Source: Polyangiales bacterium
GTDB taxonomy: Bacteria > Myxococcota_A > Polyangia > Polyangiales > JADJQN01
Length of the DNA stretch: 64,000 nt
Direction of reading: 5' to 3'
Assembly: GCA_964202905.1 (NCBI GenBank)
Contig: CAXNJO010000003.1
Location: 256,001 to 320,000, forward strand
Within the stretch, counting starts at the first letter, position 1; each line of letters begins with the position of its first letter. The notes below the pieces were generated by a model. That model ran no database searches and was not told the origin of the DNA. It saw only the letters and a list, made by a program, of their open reading frames with translations. A program made the translations under genes and the position numbers. Of this stretch, positions 41,013 through 51,298 are shown piece after piece.

Positions 41013-42911
41013 TCAGCGGAGCGGAAATGCACCCCGATAGTACGTGTCGACCGCCTCGACGATGCCACGCGTGCTGATCAAGTAGTTGGTCGGGTGCGAC
41101 GCGGCGCGCGGCAACGAGTCGATCTGGAATCGATCCTCGTACACGCGCTCGGAGCCGTTGAACGCGATGACCGCCGGTGGCGCGAGGTACCCGTGGTGGC
41201 CCACGTCGGCGGCGCTGAGCGCCCAGCGAGCGACGTAGCCATCTGCCGCTATGTCGGACTCGGTCAGGAGAAATGGTGTTGCGCCGTCGTCAAGCACACC
41301 AAGCGCCCCGAGGTACGTCGAGTCCTCGATCACAGGCCACATCGCAGCGCAGTCGCGCGCGAAGAAGATCGCGAGGGAACGCCGCCCCGTGACCGGAATG
41401 CTGACGACTCCGCGCGGCGCCACGACCTGTACCTCCGGGAACGGGTCGCCGGCGGCGGGCCGTTCGGTGGGTGGCGTGCTCGACATCGGCCGGAAGGCGA
41501 CGGGCAGGCTCACGCCCGCGCTACCTCCAGCGCTCGCGAACGTCACGTAGATGGACTCGCCGGGCGTGGCCGCGAGCGGCGCGAGCTCGGCAGGGGTCAG
41601 CGTCATCGTCACCGTCTCCATCGCTCCCACTCGCGCGCTGATGGGCGTCGAGCCGAGGTGCGCGGTCACGTCGAACGGCACATCACCTTCGTTGCGAAAC
41701 GGGATCGTCGCGCCCGCGCCCGCGGGCAGGTAGATGCCTCGCGGCATGTCGATCTCGAGTACATGACCCGTTCGGTCCGTGGCGAAGCGCTCGACGAAGA
41801 TCCAGTCGCTCGTGATGAAATCCGAGCCCGCGAAGCGCCCGGAGAGCATCACGCCGCCGTCGCGGTCGTCTCGATGTCCCGAGGCCGAATAGCCGACGAG
41901 TCTCGGCGGCGTCGCGGAGAGATCGTAGAGGTACGCGCCCGTGAGCGTCGTCAGCGCCAGCAGATCGCCGTTCAGGTCAGCTCCAGTCACGACGGCTTGG
42001 GGACTCACGCTCGCGATCACGGACGGCACGCCACTGAGGTCGACGACCACCGCGCCGGCCGAGCCGAGCGCCACCGCGGCGCGGTCTCCGCGAACGGATA
42101 GGTCCTGGGGCGTGCCGGCGAGCGCCAACTCGTGCGCGACGGTCACTGCCGCCCCCGCGCCGTCGAGCACGAGGAGTCCACGGTCGGCAGACAACGCCAC
42201 GAGGTGCTCGGCGTCCGCGGACACGAACCGCACGTTCCCCGTCACGGCGGTGGCCACCGCGGCACGCAGTCCGCCTCTGGGGTCGATCGCAGAAACCCGC
42301 AGCCCGGCATCGAACTGCGCGAGGTAGAGGTCGTCCCGCACCACCGCCAAGTCGCGCACGCCTGCCGTGGTCAGCGGGAGTGATGCGGCGGCGCGCCACA
42401 CGGGGTGCTCCGGGTCCCCGACGTCGTACGCGGTCACGCGGTCGGACTCGTCGGAGCTGCAGTACATCGTCGACGATGCGCCATGGATGGCGAGGGTCGT
42501 GCAGCGAGGTCGCGGGGTCTCGTCCGGGCGGACGAGCGTCGCGAAGATGGACCCGTCCGGCTCGAGCGCGAGCGTCGTGAAAGAGTCCCAGCTGTTGGCG
42601 ACGTACGCGACGCTCCCGTGGATCGTTACCTCGCCGAGGTGCCCACTCGGAATCGGGATCTCGTATTGCTTGCGCAGCGGGAGACCGGAGAGCACAGGCT
42701 CGATCATTGATCCATCCGAAGCCGTGCCGCCATCTCCCGCGTCCGTGGAGCCGTCCGCCGGCGAGCCGTCCCCCGTGTTCGCGTCGTCGTCTGCGTCGCT
42801 CGCGCCTGCGTCGCCAGAGGCGACCGCCTCGTTCCCATCACACGCCACGAACAGGACCGCGACCAGCGAGAGAACGCTCCAGGAGAGACGACATTCTTGG
42901 ACCGCGAGCAT
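41013..42911 (-). CDS. Lipoprotein with LVIVD-like beta-propeller and C-terminal thioredoxin-like domain
   Basis: Lipobox FVAC; repeats AYVAN, YDVGDPEHP, VVVDLS; C-terminal AGDPFP..FFARDCAAM..HPTNYLISTRGIV. Confidence 0.7.
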   Translation of the reverse strand: MLAVQECRLSWSVLSLVAVLFVACDGNEAVASGDAGASDADDDANTGDGSPADGSTDAGDGGTASDGSMIEPVLSGLPLRKQYEIPIPSGHLGEVTIHGSVAYVANSWDSFTTLALEPDGSIFATLVRPDETPRPRCTTLAIHGASSTMYCSSDESDRVTAYDVGDPEHPVWRAAASLPLTTAGVRDLAVVRDDLYLAQFDAGLRVSAIDPRGGLRAAVATAVTGNVRFVSADAEHLVALSADRGLLVLDGAGAAVTVAHELALAGTPQDLSVRGDRAAVALGSAGAVVVDLSGVPSVIASVSPQAVVTGADLNGDLLALTTLTGAYLYDLSATPPRLVGYSASGHRDDRDGGVMLSGRFAGSDFITSDWIFVERFATDRTGHVLEIDMPRGIYLPAGAGATIPFRNEGDVPFDVTAHLGSTPISARVGAMETVTMTLTPAELAPLAATPGESIYVTFASAGGSAGVSLPVAFRPMSSTPPTERPAAGDPFPEVQVVAPRGVVSIPVTGRRSLAIFFARDCAAMWPVIEDSTYLGALGVLDDGATPFLLTESDIAADGYVARWALSAADVGHHGYLAPPAVIAFNGSERVYEDRFQIDSLPRAASHPTNYLISTRGIVEAVDTYYRGAFPLR

Positions 42912-42990
42912 GGCTGCATACGCTACCACGCAGCCGCTCTCGAGCGGGTGTACTGTCGCCCCGTCTCGAACCCGACTCCCACCGCCGCCG

Positions 42991-44114
42991 CCGGGCAAAG
43001 GCACGTCTCGGCCTGCCGAGCGTCGACGATGCGCATGTTGGCGCAGTGACGTTCATTCAGCGCAGCGACTCCGCATTACGCCTCAACGTGCATGCGCACT
43101 CGCTGTTTCTCGATGGCGTCTATGTGCGTGATTCCATCGGCGCGCTCGAGTTTCACGCGCTCGGCGTGCCCACGTTCGAAGAGGTAGAGCAGGTCGCCGA
43201 GTGGACGCACGCGCGCATCGTGAAGGTCCTGCTGGCGCACGGCCGTACGCTCGACGGACTCGGCGATGAGCCGGCGGAGCTCACGCACGATCAGCCGGTC
43301 CTCGCCTCGTGTTTCGCGGCGTCCGCGGCGGACATACAGCTGCTCGGCGACAACGCCGGTCAAATGACGCTCAAGCTCGTGCAGCCTGTGCGCGCCGTGC
43401 GTTCAGAGGCGCGCGCGCTCGCGGACTTCGGCGGCGTGAACGTGCACGCGGAGGTGGCGATAGACGGCCGCGATCGGCAGCGACTCGAGCACGTCCTTCG
43501 CTACATGGCGCGCCCTCCGCTGGCGCTCGACCGGCTCTCGCTTCGCGAACATGGCGCGCAGGAGCGTAGCGACGAGCACCTTGGGGCAGGTCTTGTACCG
43601 GTTCAAGAAGGCGTGGCGCGACGGGACGCACGCCGTGGTGCTCTCGCCCGAGGACCTCATCGCCAGGTTGTGCGCGCTGGTACCCCCACCGAGGTTCCAT
43701 TTGATTCGCTACCTCGGTGTGCTGGCGGGGCACTCGTCGCTCCGTGCCGACGTGGTCCGGCTGCGGATCGTCGAGATCGCCAAGAAGCCCGATGATGTGT
43801 CACGCGTGCTCGCCGAGCGCGGCTGGTCCCGAGCGCCGCCTCGTGGACCGCCTCGCGCCGAGGTGCCGCTGCTCGCGCACGGGCAGCTGCGCCTCGCCTT
43901 CCAGTGAGCTCGACGATTCGAGCGGTTGCGCAGAGCGCGGCCAAGGAGACGTGCGGCCGCCGGGCGAAAATCACCTGAAAGTGAGGGTTCCCGTGTCGCC
44001 GAAGACCACACGGCAGAGGCCCATCAGCGCCGAGATTGTGCTTCGGAGCACCCTCGCGGAGGGTTCACCGGTGCATGGAGCGGGGACGAATCACCGATCG
44101 GATGTCCTACGCGC
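42991..44114 (+). mobile_element. IS91/ISCR-like relic, copy B
   Basis: Starts at RAKARLG, HUH motif present, internal deletion at about 43757, ends GGATGTCCTACGCGC. Confidence 0.92.
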
Positions 44115-44335
44115 CCTGCTCGGCTTCCAGTTCTGAGTCCGTCGGGGGGCCGCTCGGCTGCGTGCCGCCGCGTCCGACGCAAGGCGAGGCGGGAGAGCGG
44201 GAGTTGCGGTCCTCACCGCGCATTGGGTGCGTCGCCCGTCACCACGCATACCGGGATAGAAAGCGCGTGGTGCCCGTACGCGGACGACAATCCACCACGC
44301 GCTGCGATTCACGACACGAACGTCAGCGAAACCGG

Positions 44336-44797
44336 TCAGTATCGCAGACTCACTCGCATGGTCACCGTTTCATTCGCGGTGACGGTGAATTTCGACTCAT
44401 CCCAGGTCGGCGCGGACAGTGCGTACGTGTGATTGTTCGACACGCCATATCCCTCGCTCGGAACGCCGAAGAGGTTCTTGTCGAGGCGCCGATTCGCATT
44501 CTCGTCATGCACGACCGCGATGGCGTAGGTGCCGGGCGGAACGCCCTCCCACGCGCAATCGGCCACCGTGCCGCGGATGGTGGCCCGTACCGTCCGCACG
44601 CCGTTGCCGTCCGGGAAGGTCTCTGGCTTCGAGAACAGCCTGCATTGCAGCGCTCCGCGGGTGTTGCGAAAAGTCGCGACACGGACCCGAACGCTTCCGC
44701 CGTTCTCCTGCGCGGCGACCTGGGGCCACGAGGCGACCAACGGCAGGATCGCCGCGAGGGTGCCGACGAACATGGACAAGGGTTTCCGGTTGATCAT
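44336..44797 (-). CDS. DUF2141-family secreted protein
   Basis: Signal peptide; PGTYAIAVVHDENANRRLDKNLFGVPSEGYGVSNN. Confidence 0.92.
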   Translation of the reverse strand: MINRKPLSMFVGTLAAILPLVASWPQVAAQENGGSVRVRVATFRNTRGALQCRLFSKPETFPDGNGVRTVRATIRGTVADCAWEGVPPGTYAIAVVHDENANRRLDKNLFGVPSEGYGVSNNHTYALSAPTWDESKFTVTANETVTMRVSLRY

Positions 44798-44829
44798 GGT
44801 GGTGTCTCCTGATGTTCCAAACATTCGGT

Positions 44830-45636
44830 TCATGGTGTAGGTGGTGGCAGCGCCGGCAGCGTCGCGTCCCCGCGCACGAGCCATGCGGAGAGGCGCGCGG
44901 TGAGCGCGCGCGGCGAGAAGCGCGCTCCTTGCGCCATGACCCAGTTCCTCCAACCGACGACGTAGGTCGGTGCGGTGCCGTCGAGTGCGGCGAGCGCTGC
45001 CGATACGACCTCTGCGACCGAAGCGGGGCGCTGGAAGATGCGACTCGACCGGAGCTCGGTGCCCGCTGCGTCGATGAACGGTGTTTCGACCGGACCGGGG
45101 CACAGCGCGAGCACACGCAGGCCGCGCCCGCGATATTCGGCCCAGAGCGCTTCGGACAACGAGAGCACGAACGCCTTCGTCGCCCCATACGCGCTCATGA
45201 ACGGCGCGGGCTGAAAGGCGATGGTGGAAGCGACGTTGAGGACGGTGCCGCCGCGCACGAGGAGAGCGGGGGCGAACAAGCGCGTCAGCTCAGTGAGCGC
45301 CACGACGTTCACGTAGAGCTGTTCCGACAGATGGGACGTCGGCTCGTCGTGGAAGGCGCCGAAATAGCCGAGGCCGGCGTTGTTCACGAGCACGTCGATC
45401 GCGAGTCCCTGGCGCGTCACCTCGTCGAAGACCGTCCGCGCCGCCCCCGGCTTCGAGAGGTCCGACGCGAGCACCGTCGCCTTTCCCCCTGCCGCGCGCA
45501 CGCGCGCGGCGAGCGCGTCGAGCCGCTCTTGCGTGCGCGCCACGAGTACGACGTGGTCGCCCCGCGCGCCCAACGCGAGCGCGAGCGCCTCTCCGATTCC
45601 CGACGATGCACCGGTGATCAAAACGATCTTCCCCAT
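44830..45636 (-). CDS. Short-chain dehydrogenase/reductase
   Basis: TGASSGIG, LVNNAG, NVAS, YGATK, LCPGPVET. Confidence 0.95.
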   Translation of the reverse strand: MGKIVLITGASSGIGEALALALGARGDHVVLVARTQERLDALAARVRAAGGKATVLASDLSKPGAARTVFDEVTRQGLAIDVLVNNAGLGYFGAFHDEPTSHLSEQLYVNVVALTELTRLFAPALLVRGGTVLNVASTIAFQPAPFMSAYGATKAFVLSLSEALWAEYRGRGLRVLALCPGPVETPFIDAAGTELRSSRIFQRPASVAEVVSAALAALDGTAPTYVVGWRNWVMAQGARFSPRALTARLSAWLVRGDATLPALPPPTP

Positions 45637-45727
45637 ACTGACGACTCCTAGGCACTTCGAGACCGCCGCGGGGACACCCAGCGGCGCGCGTGGTGCGCGA
45701 TGACGCGAGCGGCCCGCGCGTTGCGAC

Positions 45728-45763
45728 TTGACAGTGTCTACCAGCCGAAGATGACGGTGTCAA
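45728..45763. promoter_or_regulatory. Paired TetR-type operators overlapping divergent -35 boxes
   Basis: TTGACAGTGTCTA (45728-45740) and ATGACGGTGTCAA (45751-45763) between the divergent SDR and TetR genes. Confidence 0.7.
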
Positions 45764-45785
45764 GTCCGTGTGGTAGAAGCAGCCG

Positions 45786-46358
45786 ATGGCCGCGGAAACG
45801 CTGAAGCAACAGGTGCTCGACGCGAGCATCGCGCTCGTCGCCGAGAGTGGACTGGCGGGGCTCTCCATGCGCGAGGTCGCGCGTCGCGCCGGCGTCAGCC
45901 ACCAGGCGCCCTATCATCACTTCGCCGACAAGGCGGCGATCGTGGCAGCGCTCGTCGAGCGCGGGTTCGCGATGCTCACGCTCCGACTCGAGGCGGCCCG
46001 TGACGCGGGCCCGGCCGAGCGTGCGCTCGAGCGAGCGGGGCGCGCCTACGTCCACTTCGCGCTCGCCGAGCCTGTCTACTTCCGGCTGATGTTCCGACCC
46101 GAGCTCTCGGGTACGCACCCCGTTCCCCCAACGGAATCAGCCGGTGCGAAGGCATTTTCGGTCTTGCAGTCCCTCGTCGACGTGCGTCTCGGGCCCCGCG
46201 CGCGTCCATCGCGCCGTGAAGCGCTCACGTCCTTGAACTGGGCGGTCGTGCACGGCCTCGCGACGCTGTTGCTCGACGGGCCCCTCGCGCACGTCGAGGA
46301 CCGGGAGCAGCACGTCGATCAGGTGCTGCGCCTCTTTTCCGAGGCGACCTCGGACTGA
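45786..46358 (+). CDS. TetR/AcrR-family regulator
   Basis: LSMREVARRAGVSHQAPYHHFADK helix-turn-helix; WAVVHGLATL. Confidence 0.95.
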   Translation: MAAETLKQQVLDASIALVAESGLAGLSMREVARRAGVSHQAPYHHFADKAAIVAALVERGFAMLTLRLEAARDAGPAERALERAGRAYVHFALAEPVYFRLMFRPELSGTHPVPPTESAGAKAFSVLQSLVDVRLGPRARPSRREALTSLNWAVVHGLATLLLDGPLAHVEDREQHVDQVLRLFSEATSD

Positions 46359-46390
46359 TCGCCCTGCCCGACCTCGGAGTTCGCCGACTC

Positions 46391-47902
46391 CGGCTTTTGT
46401 CCGTCGTGCGTCGCGCGCCGCATGTCAGACGCGGCCGCGCACCCCGTCGACGACGTGCTCCCCGAGGTGCCGACGCGACAGTGGGTGTGCTCGCTGCCTT
46501 GGCGACTGCGCATCTTGCTCGGCTACGACAGGAGGCTTTGCGCAGAGGTGATGTCGGCGTTCACGGGCGCAGTGTCGCGCTCGCTCCGACACAGGGCGAA
46601 GGCGCAGCTCGGCCTGCCGAGTGTCGACGATGCGCATGTTGGCGCAGTGACGTTCATTCAGCGCAGCGACTCCGCATTACGCCTCAACGTCCATGCGCAC
46701 TCGTTGTTTCTCGATGGCGTCTACGTGCGTGATTCCATCGGCGCGCTCGCGTTTCACGCGCTCGGCGTGCCCACGTTCGAAGAGGTAGAGCAGGTCGCGC
46801 AGTGGACGCACACGCACATCATAAAAATCCTGCTGGCGCACGGCCGCAAGCTCGACGGACCCGGCGATGAGCCGGCGGAGCTCACGCACGATCAGCCGGT
46901 CCTCGCCTCGTGTTTCGCGGCGTCCGCGAGCGGACGTACAGCTGCTCGGCGACAACGCCGGTCAACAGACGCTCAAGCTCGTGCAGCCTGTGCGCGCCGT
47001 GCGTTCAGAGGCGCGCGCGCTCGCGGAGTTCGGCGGCGTGAACGTGCACGCGGAGGTCGCGATAGATGGTCGCGATCGGCAGCGACTCGAGCACGTTCTG
47101 CGCTACATGGCGCGCCCTCCGCTGGCGCTCGACCGGCTCTCGCTTCGCGAACATGGCGCGCAGGAGCGTAGCGACGAGCACCTTGGGGCAGGTCTTGTAC
47201 CGGTTCAAGAAGGCGTGGCGCGACGGGACGCACGCCGTCGTGCTCTCGCCCGAGGACTTCATCGCCAGGTTGTGCGCGCTGGTACCCCCACCGAGGTTCC
47301 ATTGGATGCGCTACCTCGGTGTGCTGGCGGGGCACTCGTCGCTCCGTGCCGACGTGGTCCCGAAGAAGGCTGCCGCACCGCCTGAGTCGCCGAAGCAGCT
47401 CCCGCTGTTCGACGAGTCGGCCGAGCCGACGACGTCCGCGAAGGCAGCCGCGACGAAGACGGCCGAGCCGTCGCGGCATCCGTGGTCCTGGGTGCTGCAG
47501 CGGGTCTTCGCCGTCGACGTCTTGAAGCGCGAGAAGTGCGGCGGCCGGCTGCGGATCGTGGAGATCGCGAAGAAGCCCGATGATGTGTCACGCGTGCTCG
47601 CCGAGCGCGGCTGGTCCCGAGCGCCGCCTCGTGGACCGCCTCGCGCCGAGGTGCCGCTGCTCGCGCACGGGCAGCTGCGCCTCGCCTTCCAGTGAGCTCG
47701 ACGATTCGAGCGGTTGCGCAGAGCGCGGCCAAGGAGACGTGCGGCCGCCGGGCGAAAATCACCTGAAAGTGAGGGTTCCCGTGTCGCCGAAGACCACACG
47801 GCAGAGGCCCATCAGCGCCGAGATTGGGCTTCGGAGCACTCTCGCGGAGGGTTCACCGGTGCATGGAGCGGGGACGAATCACCGATCGGATGTCCTACGC
47901 GC
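46391..47902 (+). mobile_element. IS91/ISCR-like relic, copy C (longest)
   Basis: Starts at GFCPSC, HUH motif, LRYMARPP, frameshifts at about 46928 and 47157-47187; ends GGATGTCCTACGCGC. Confidence 0.93.
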
Positions 47903-48333
47903 GCGCGCTACGAGCGTGTGACGTGCCCTTCGTCGCCCTCGAAATGAACGTCGACAACGTCCGCAAGGGGCGCGCCGAGGGGCATCCCGCGTATTACGGG
48001 GACGCGACGAGCGAGGAGGCGCTGCGCCACGCACACGTCGAGCACGCGCGGCGGGTCGTGCTGCTGATGAACGACCCGCAGGCGGCGCTGCGCGTGGTGG
48101 ATACGCTGCGACGGGTCGCGCCGAACGTGCCGGTGCTGATGCGGACACGCTATCTCGCCGATCGCGCGACGCTGCTGGCGCTCGGCGCGAGGGATGTGGT
48201 CGTCGAGGAGGTCGAGGGAGCCGCCGAGGTCGTGTCGACGCTGCTGCGGAGCGTGGACGTGCCGGAGCCGACGATCGACGAGCGCTTGCGCGCGCTGCGG
48301 AGCGCGACGGGGGCGAGCGCGTTTGCAACCTGA
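47903..48333 (+). pseudogene. C-terminal KTN/TrkA-N fragment of a Kef-type cation/H+ antiporter
   Basis: ARAL...PFVALEMN, YYGDATSEEAL..A.VEHAR, LGARDVVVEE; begins at the IS tip. Confidence 0.8.
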
Positions 48334-48416
48334 CGCGACGCCGGCCACTGCGGCGCTTGTCTGGATGCGCGGGCTTCGGCATCCTTCACGCCATGCGCTC
48401 GGATCGCGGAACGCTC

Positions 48417-49601
48417 ATGCATCGGTCGCCGTGCATCCCCCGCGGGGTTGGGTTCGCCATCGTGCTGCTCGTCGCGGGCTGCGGGCTCACGAAGCGTGAG
48501 GCCGTGACGAAACTCGATGCGGCGCTCGGGGCCATCGCACCGGGCGAGGTGCACGGCGCCGCGATGTGGGTAGACGCGCCGCGACACGGCATCCGGCAGG
48601 GTTTTGCGCATGGCGTCGCGGATGCGGCACGCGGGACGGCGATGACGGTGGACACACCATTTCTCTCGGCGAGCGTCGGCAAGCTCTTCGTGGCGACGGC
48701 CGTGCTCAAGCTCGTGGCGGATGGCCGTCTGTCGCTGACGGATCCGGTCACGCGGCACGTGCCGCGCAGCGAGCTCGCCGGGATCCCGATCGCGGGTGGC
48801 GACGCGGCCTTCGACCGCTTGACGGTGGGGATGCTCCTCGCGCACCGGAGCGGGCTGCCGGACTATTTCTCGGATCCGTCGCGCGATGGGGCGCCGCGGC
48901 TCTTCGATCGGATCGTGCGGGAGCGTGACCGGGTGTGGACGCGCCGCGCAATGCTCGATTACGCGCGGGCGCACTACGCACCGGTCGGTGCGCCGGGGGC
49001 GACATTCCACTATTCCGACACCAACTACGATCTGCTCGGGATGGTGCTCGAGGGCGTCGCGCAGAAACCCTTTCATGCGGCGGTGCGCGAACTGGTGATC
49101 GCGCCCGTCGGATTGCGGGCCACCTGGTATCACGCCTTCGAGCAAGCGCCTGCGGAGGCCGCGCCCGTGGCGGATGTGTGGGTGAAGAATGCGAATCTGC
49201 GCGGGGCGCCTGCGCTCTCCGTCGATCAGGCGGGAGGCGGGCTCGTGACGACGCTCGCGGACCTGCGCACGTTCATGCGGTCGCTCGTCGCGGGGCGGCC
49301 CATCCCGCTCTCGTCTCTCGACACGGATTACACCCTCGATGCGATGCACGACGGCATCGATGTGGGCCGTTGTGCGTGGCGCATTCGCCCGAGCGGCGTG
49401 TTTTTCGCGCTCGCGGGGATGCCCGATCTCGTGGGGCACTCTGGCGCGACGGGCGTCTGGGCCTATTACGCGAAGGATTGGGATGCCGTGTTCGTCGGCG
49501 CAGTGAGCGATTCGCGTTGGCAGGAGAAGCACATCGAGTTCCTGCTGCGCGAGGTGCTTCCGGTGCTGGCGCGGACACCGATGCAGGACACGGTGCGCTG
49601 A
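48417..49601 (+). CDS. Serine hydrolase (beta-lactamase class C/AmpC-like), lipoprotein
   Basis: Lipobox VAGC; ASVGK (SxxK), LLAHRSGLPDY, YSDTNY, GHSG. Confidence 0.9.
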   Translation: MHRSPCIPRGVGFAIVLLVAGCGLTKREAVTKLDAALGAIAPGEVHGAAMWVDAPRHGIRQGFAHGVADAARGTAMTVDTPFLSASVGKLFVATAVLKLVADGRLSLTDPVTRHVPRSELAGIPIAGGDAAFDRLTVGMLLAHRSGLPDYFSDPSRDGAPRLFDRIVRERDRVWTRRAMLDYARAHYAPVGAPGATFHYSDTNYDLLGMVLEGVAQKPFHAAVRELVIAPVGLRATWYHAFEQAPAEAAPVADVWVKNANLRGAPALSVDQAGGGLVTTLADLRTFMRSLVAGRPIPLSSLDTDYTLDAMHDGIDVGRCAWRIRPSGVFFALAGMPDLVGHSGATGVWAYYAKDWDAVFVGAVSDSRWQEKHIEFLLREVLPVLARTPMQDTVR

Positions 49602-49668
49602 GCGGCGACGCCGCCATGGACATGTCGTCGGGCGACTCACGCCCTGCGTCATGCAGACGAGGAGACCC

Positions 49669-50068
49669 GTGGCCGAGAGACGCCAGATTCCCCCGAGTGC
49701 GCGTCTGATGATTCTGTTTCGGGAGACGGGAGTCCCGGCGCTGTGGATCGCCCTGTGGCTGCCCTTTCTGGTGCACTCGTTTGCCGACAGCGCCTACGTG
49801 CTCTGGTTTCGCGACACCGTCGATCTCCCTGCGCGTATCGTGTCGGCGGGCTTCACCTCCGAGAGTCGCGGTCGGACCGTGCCGCGGTGGGAGGGATATC
49901 GCGTCGAGGCGGAGTTCACGTATCAAGGGCGGTCTTGGCGCACCACCGGGGATCTCACCGGTCTCCCGAGCGACGGCAGGGTGCGCGTACGTGTTCCGCG
50001 CACACGACCTGATCTCGCGGTCGCCTTCGACGGAGGGGGGCCGTGGTATCGACAGACGCCTGTGTGGC
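49669..50068 (+). pseudogene. DUF3592-like membrane protein truncated by IS copy D
   Basis: TM helix, beta-rich middle, VRVRVPRTRPD; runs into transposase sequence at WLL. Confidence 0.5.
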
Positions 50069-50485
50069 TCCTGGCTGCTGCAGCGGGTCTTCGCCGTCGA
50101 CGTCTTGAAGTGCGAGAAGTGCGGCGGCCGGCTGCGGGTCGTCGAGATCGCCAAGAAGCCCGACGACGTGTCGCGCGTGCTCGCCGAGCGCGGCTGGTCC
50201 CGAGCGCCGCCTCGTGGACCGCCTCGCGCCGAGGTGCCGCTGCTCGCGCACGGGCAGCTGCGCCTCGCCTTCGAGTGAACTCGACGATTCGAGCGGTTGC
50301 GCAGAGCGCGGCCAAGGAGACGTGCGGCCGCCGGGCGAAAATCAACTGAAAGTGAGGGTTCCCGTGTCGCCGAAGACCACACGGCAGAGGCCCATCAGCG
50401 CCGAGATTGTGCTTCGGAGCACCCTCGCGGAAGGTTCACCGGTGCATGGAGCGGGGACGAATCACCGATCGGATGTCCTACGCGC
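50064..50485 (+). mobile_element. IS91/ISCR-like relic, copy D (3' end only)
   Basis: WLLQRVFAVDVLKCEKCGG..QLRLAF plus the same about 200-bp end finishing GGATGTCCTACGCGC. Confidence 0.92.
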
Positions 50486-50777
50486 CGAGCACGTAGCCAG
50501 TGATCACCACCAGCGCCATCTGCAGCGTAAACGGCAGCAGCACCCAGAAGCCCTTGCCCCACAGCTCCACCACCTCGACCGGAGGCGTCGGTGTCGCGAA
50601 CATCGCCGCGAGAACGACGACGATGGTGCCTATGAGCGCGAACACGAACGCATCCGGCACGAAGCGCTCCGCCGCGTCCGTCAGCCGCGCAGCGACGCGC
50701 TCGAACAACGGCGCGCGCGTTCCAACGAGCTTAGCGGTAGACGGAGACGGCGTACGCGGAGGAGCGTCGGCGGACAC
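50478..50777 (-). pseudogene. atoE: N-terminal fragment of short-chain fatty acid transporter (AtoE-like)
   Basis: ERFVPDAFVFAL, WGKGFWVLLPFTLQMALVVITGYVL; cut by the IS tip. Confidence 0.85.
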
Positions 50778-50819
50778 GCCGGCGACGGAAACACTCGGGC
50801 GGCGATGGGGGCGCGCTCG

Positions 50820-51266
50820 CTACGAACCGGCGAGGGGGTCCTCCACCCACCACGAGCCGGCGTCGAAGACCGGATTCAGCAAGTGCTCGCGACCGTCGGC
50901 AAACATGACTCTGATGAACGGCGACTCGTCCCACCCCCACGAACGCTTGAGCGTTGCGATGACGGCGGCCGCCTCCCAGCGCTCGCGTTTGGATTTCGCG
51001 CGGCAGGAGATTGTCGCGGCGCCCCGGGTTTCAGAGCGCACCGCGGACACGACGTCGTGCGGGAAGAGCGACTCCAGCGCGGCGTCGTCGCTCTCGAGTA
51101 CGAACGGCTCGCTCGCCGGAGCGATCACCACGTGCGACCGCGACTCTCCGCGATACGACACGACGGCGCGCACTGCTTGGACCGCTCCGGACAGGCCGGT
51201 GGTCTCAGCCGGCCAGTGGCCCAAGTCCTGAGTCGTGATCTCGATTGTGTAGGCTCGCGAAGTCAT
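50820..51266 (-). CDS. Hypothetical protein
   Basis: 148-aa ORF from ATG 51266 with globular-looking composition; no motif recognised. Confidence 0.55.
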   Translation of the reverse strand: MTSRAYTIEITTQDLGHWPAETTGLSGAVQAVRAVVSYRGESRSHVVIAPASEPFVLESDDAALESLFPHDVVSAVRSETRGAATISCRAKSKRERWEAAAVIATLKRSWGWDESPFIRVMFADGREHLLNPVFDAGSWWVEDPLAGS

Positions 51267-51298
51267 CGGAACGGCGGTCGGTCTCACGTGCGAGATTC

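Noticed and set aside
48417..49601. Antibiotic-resistance beta-lactamase mobilised by ISCR
   Set aside because: Motifs only place it in the broad serine hydrolase family (YSD instead of YxN); resistance cannot be inferred
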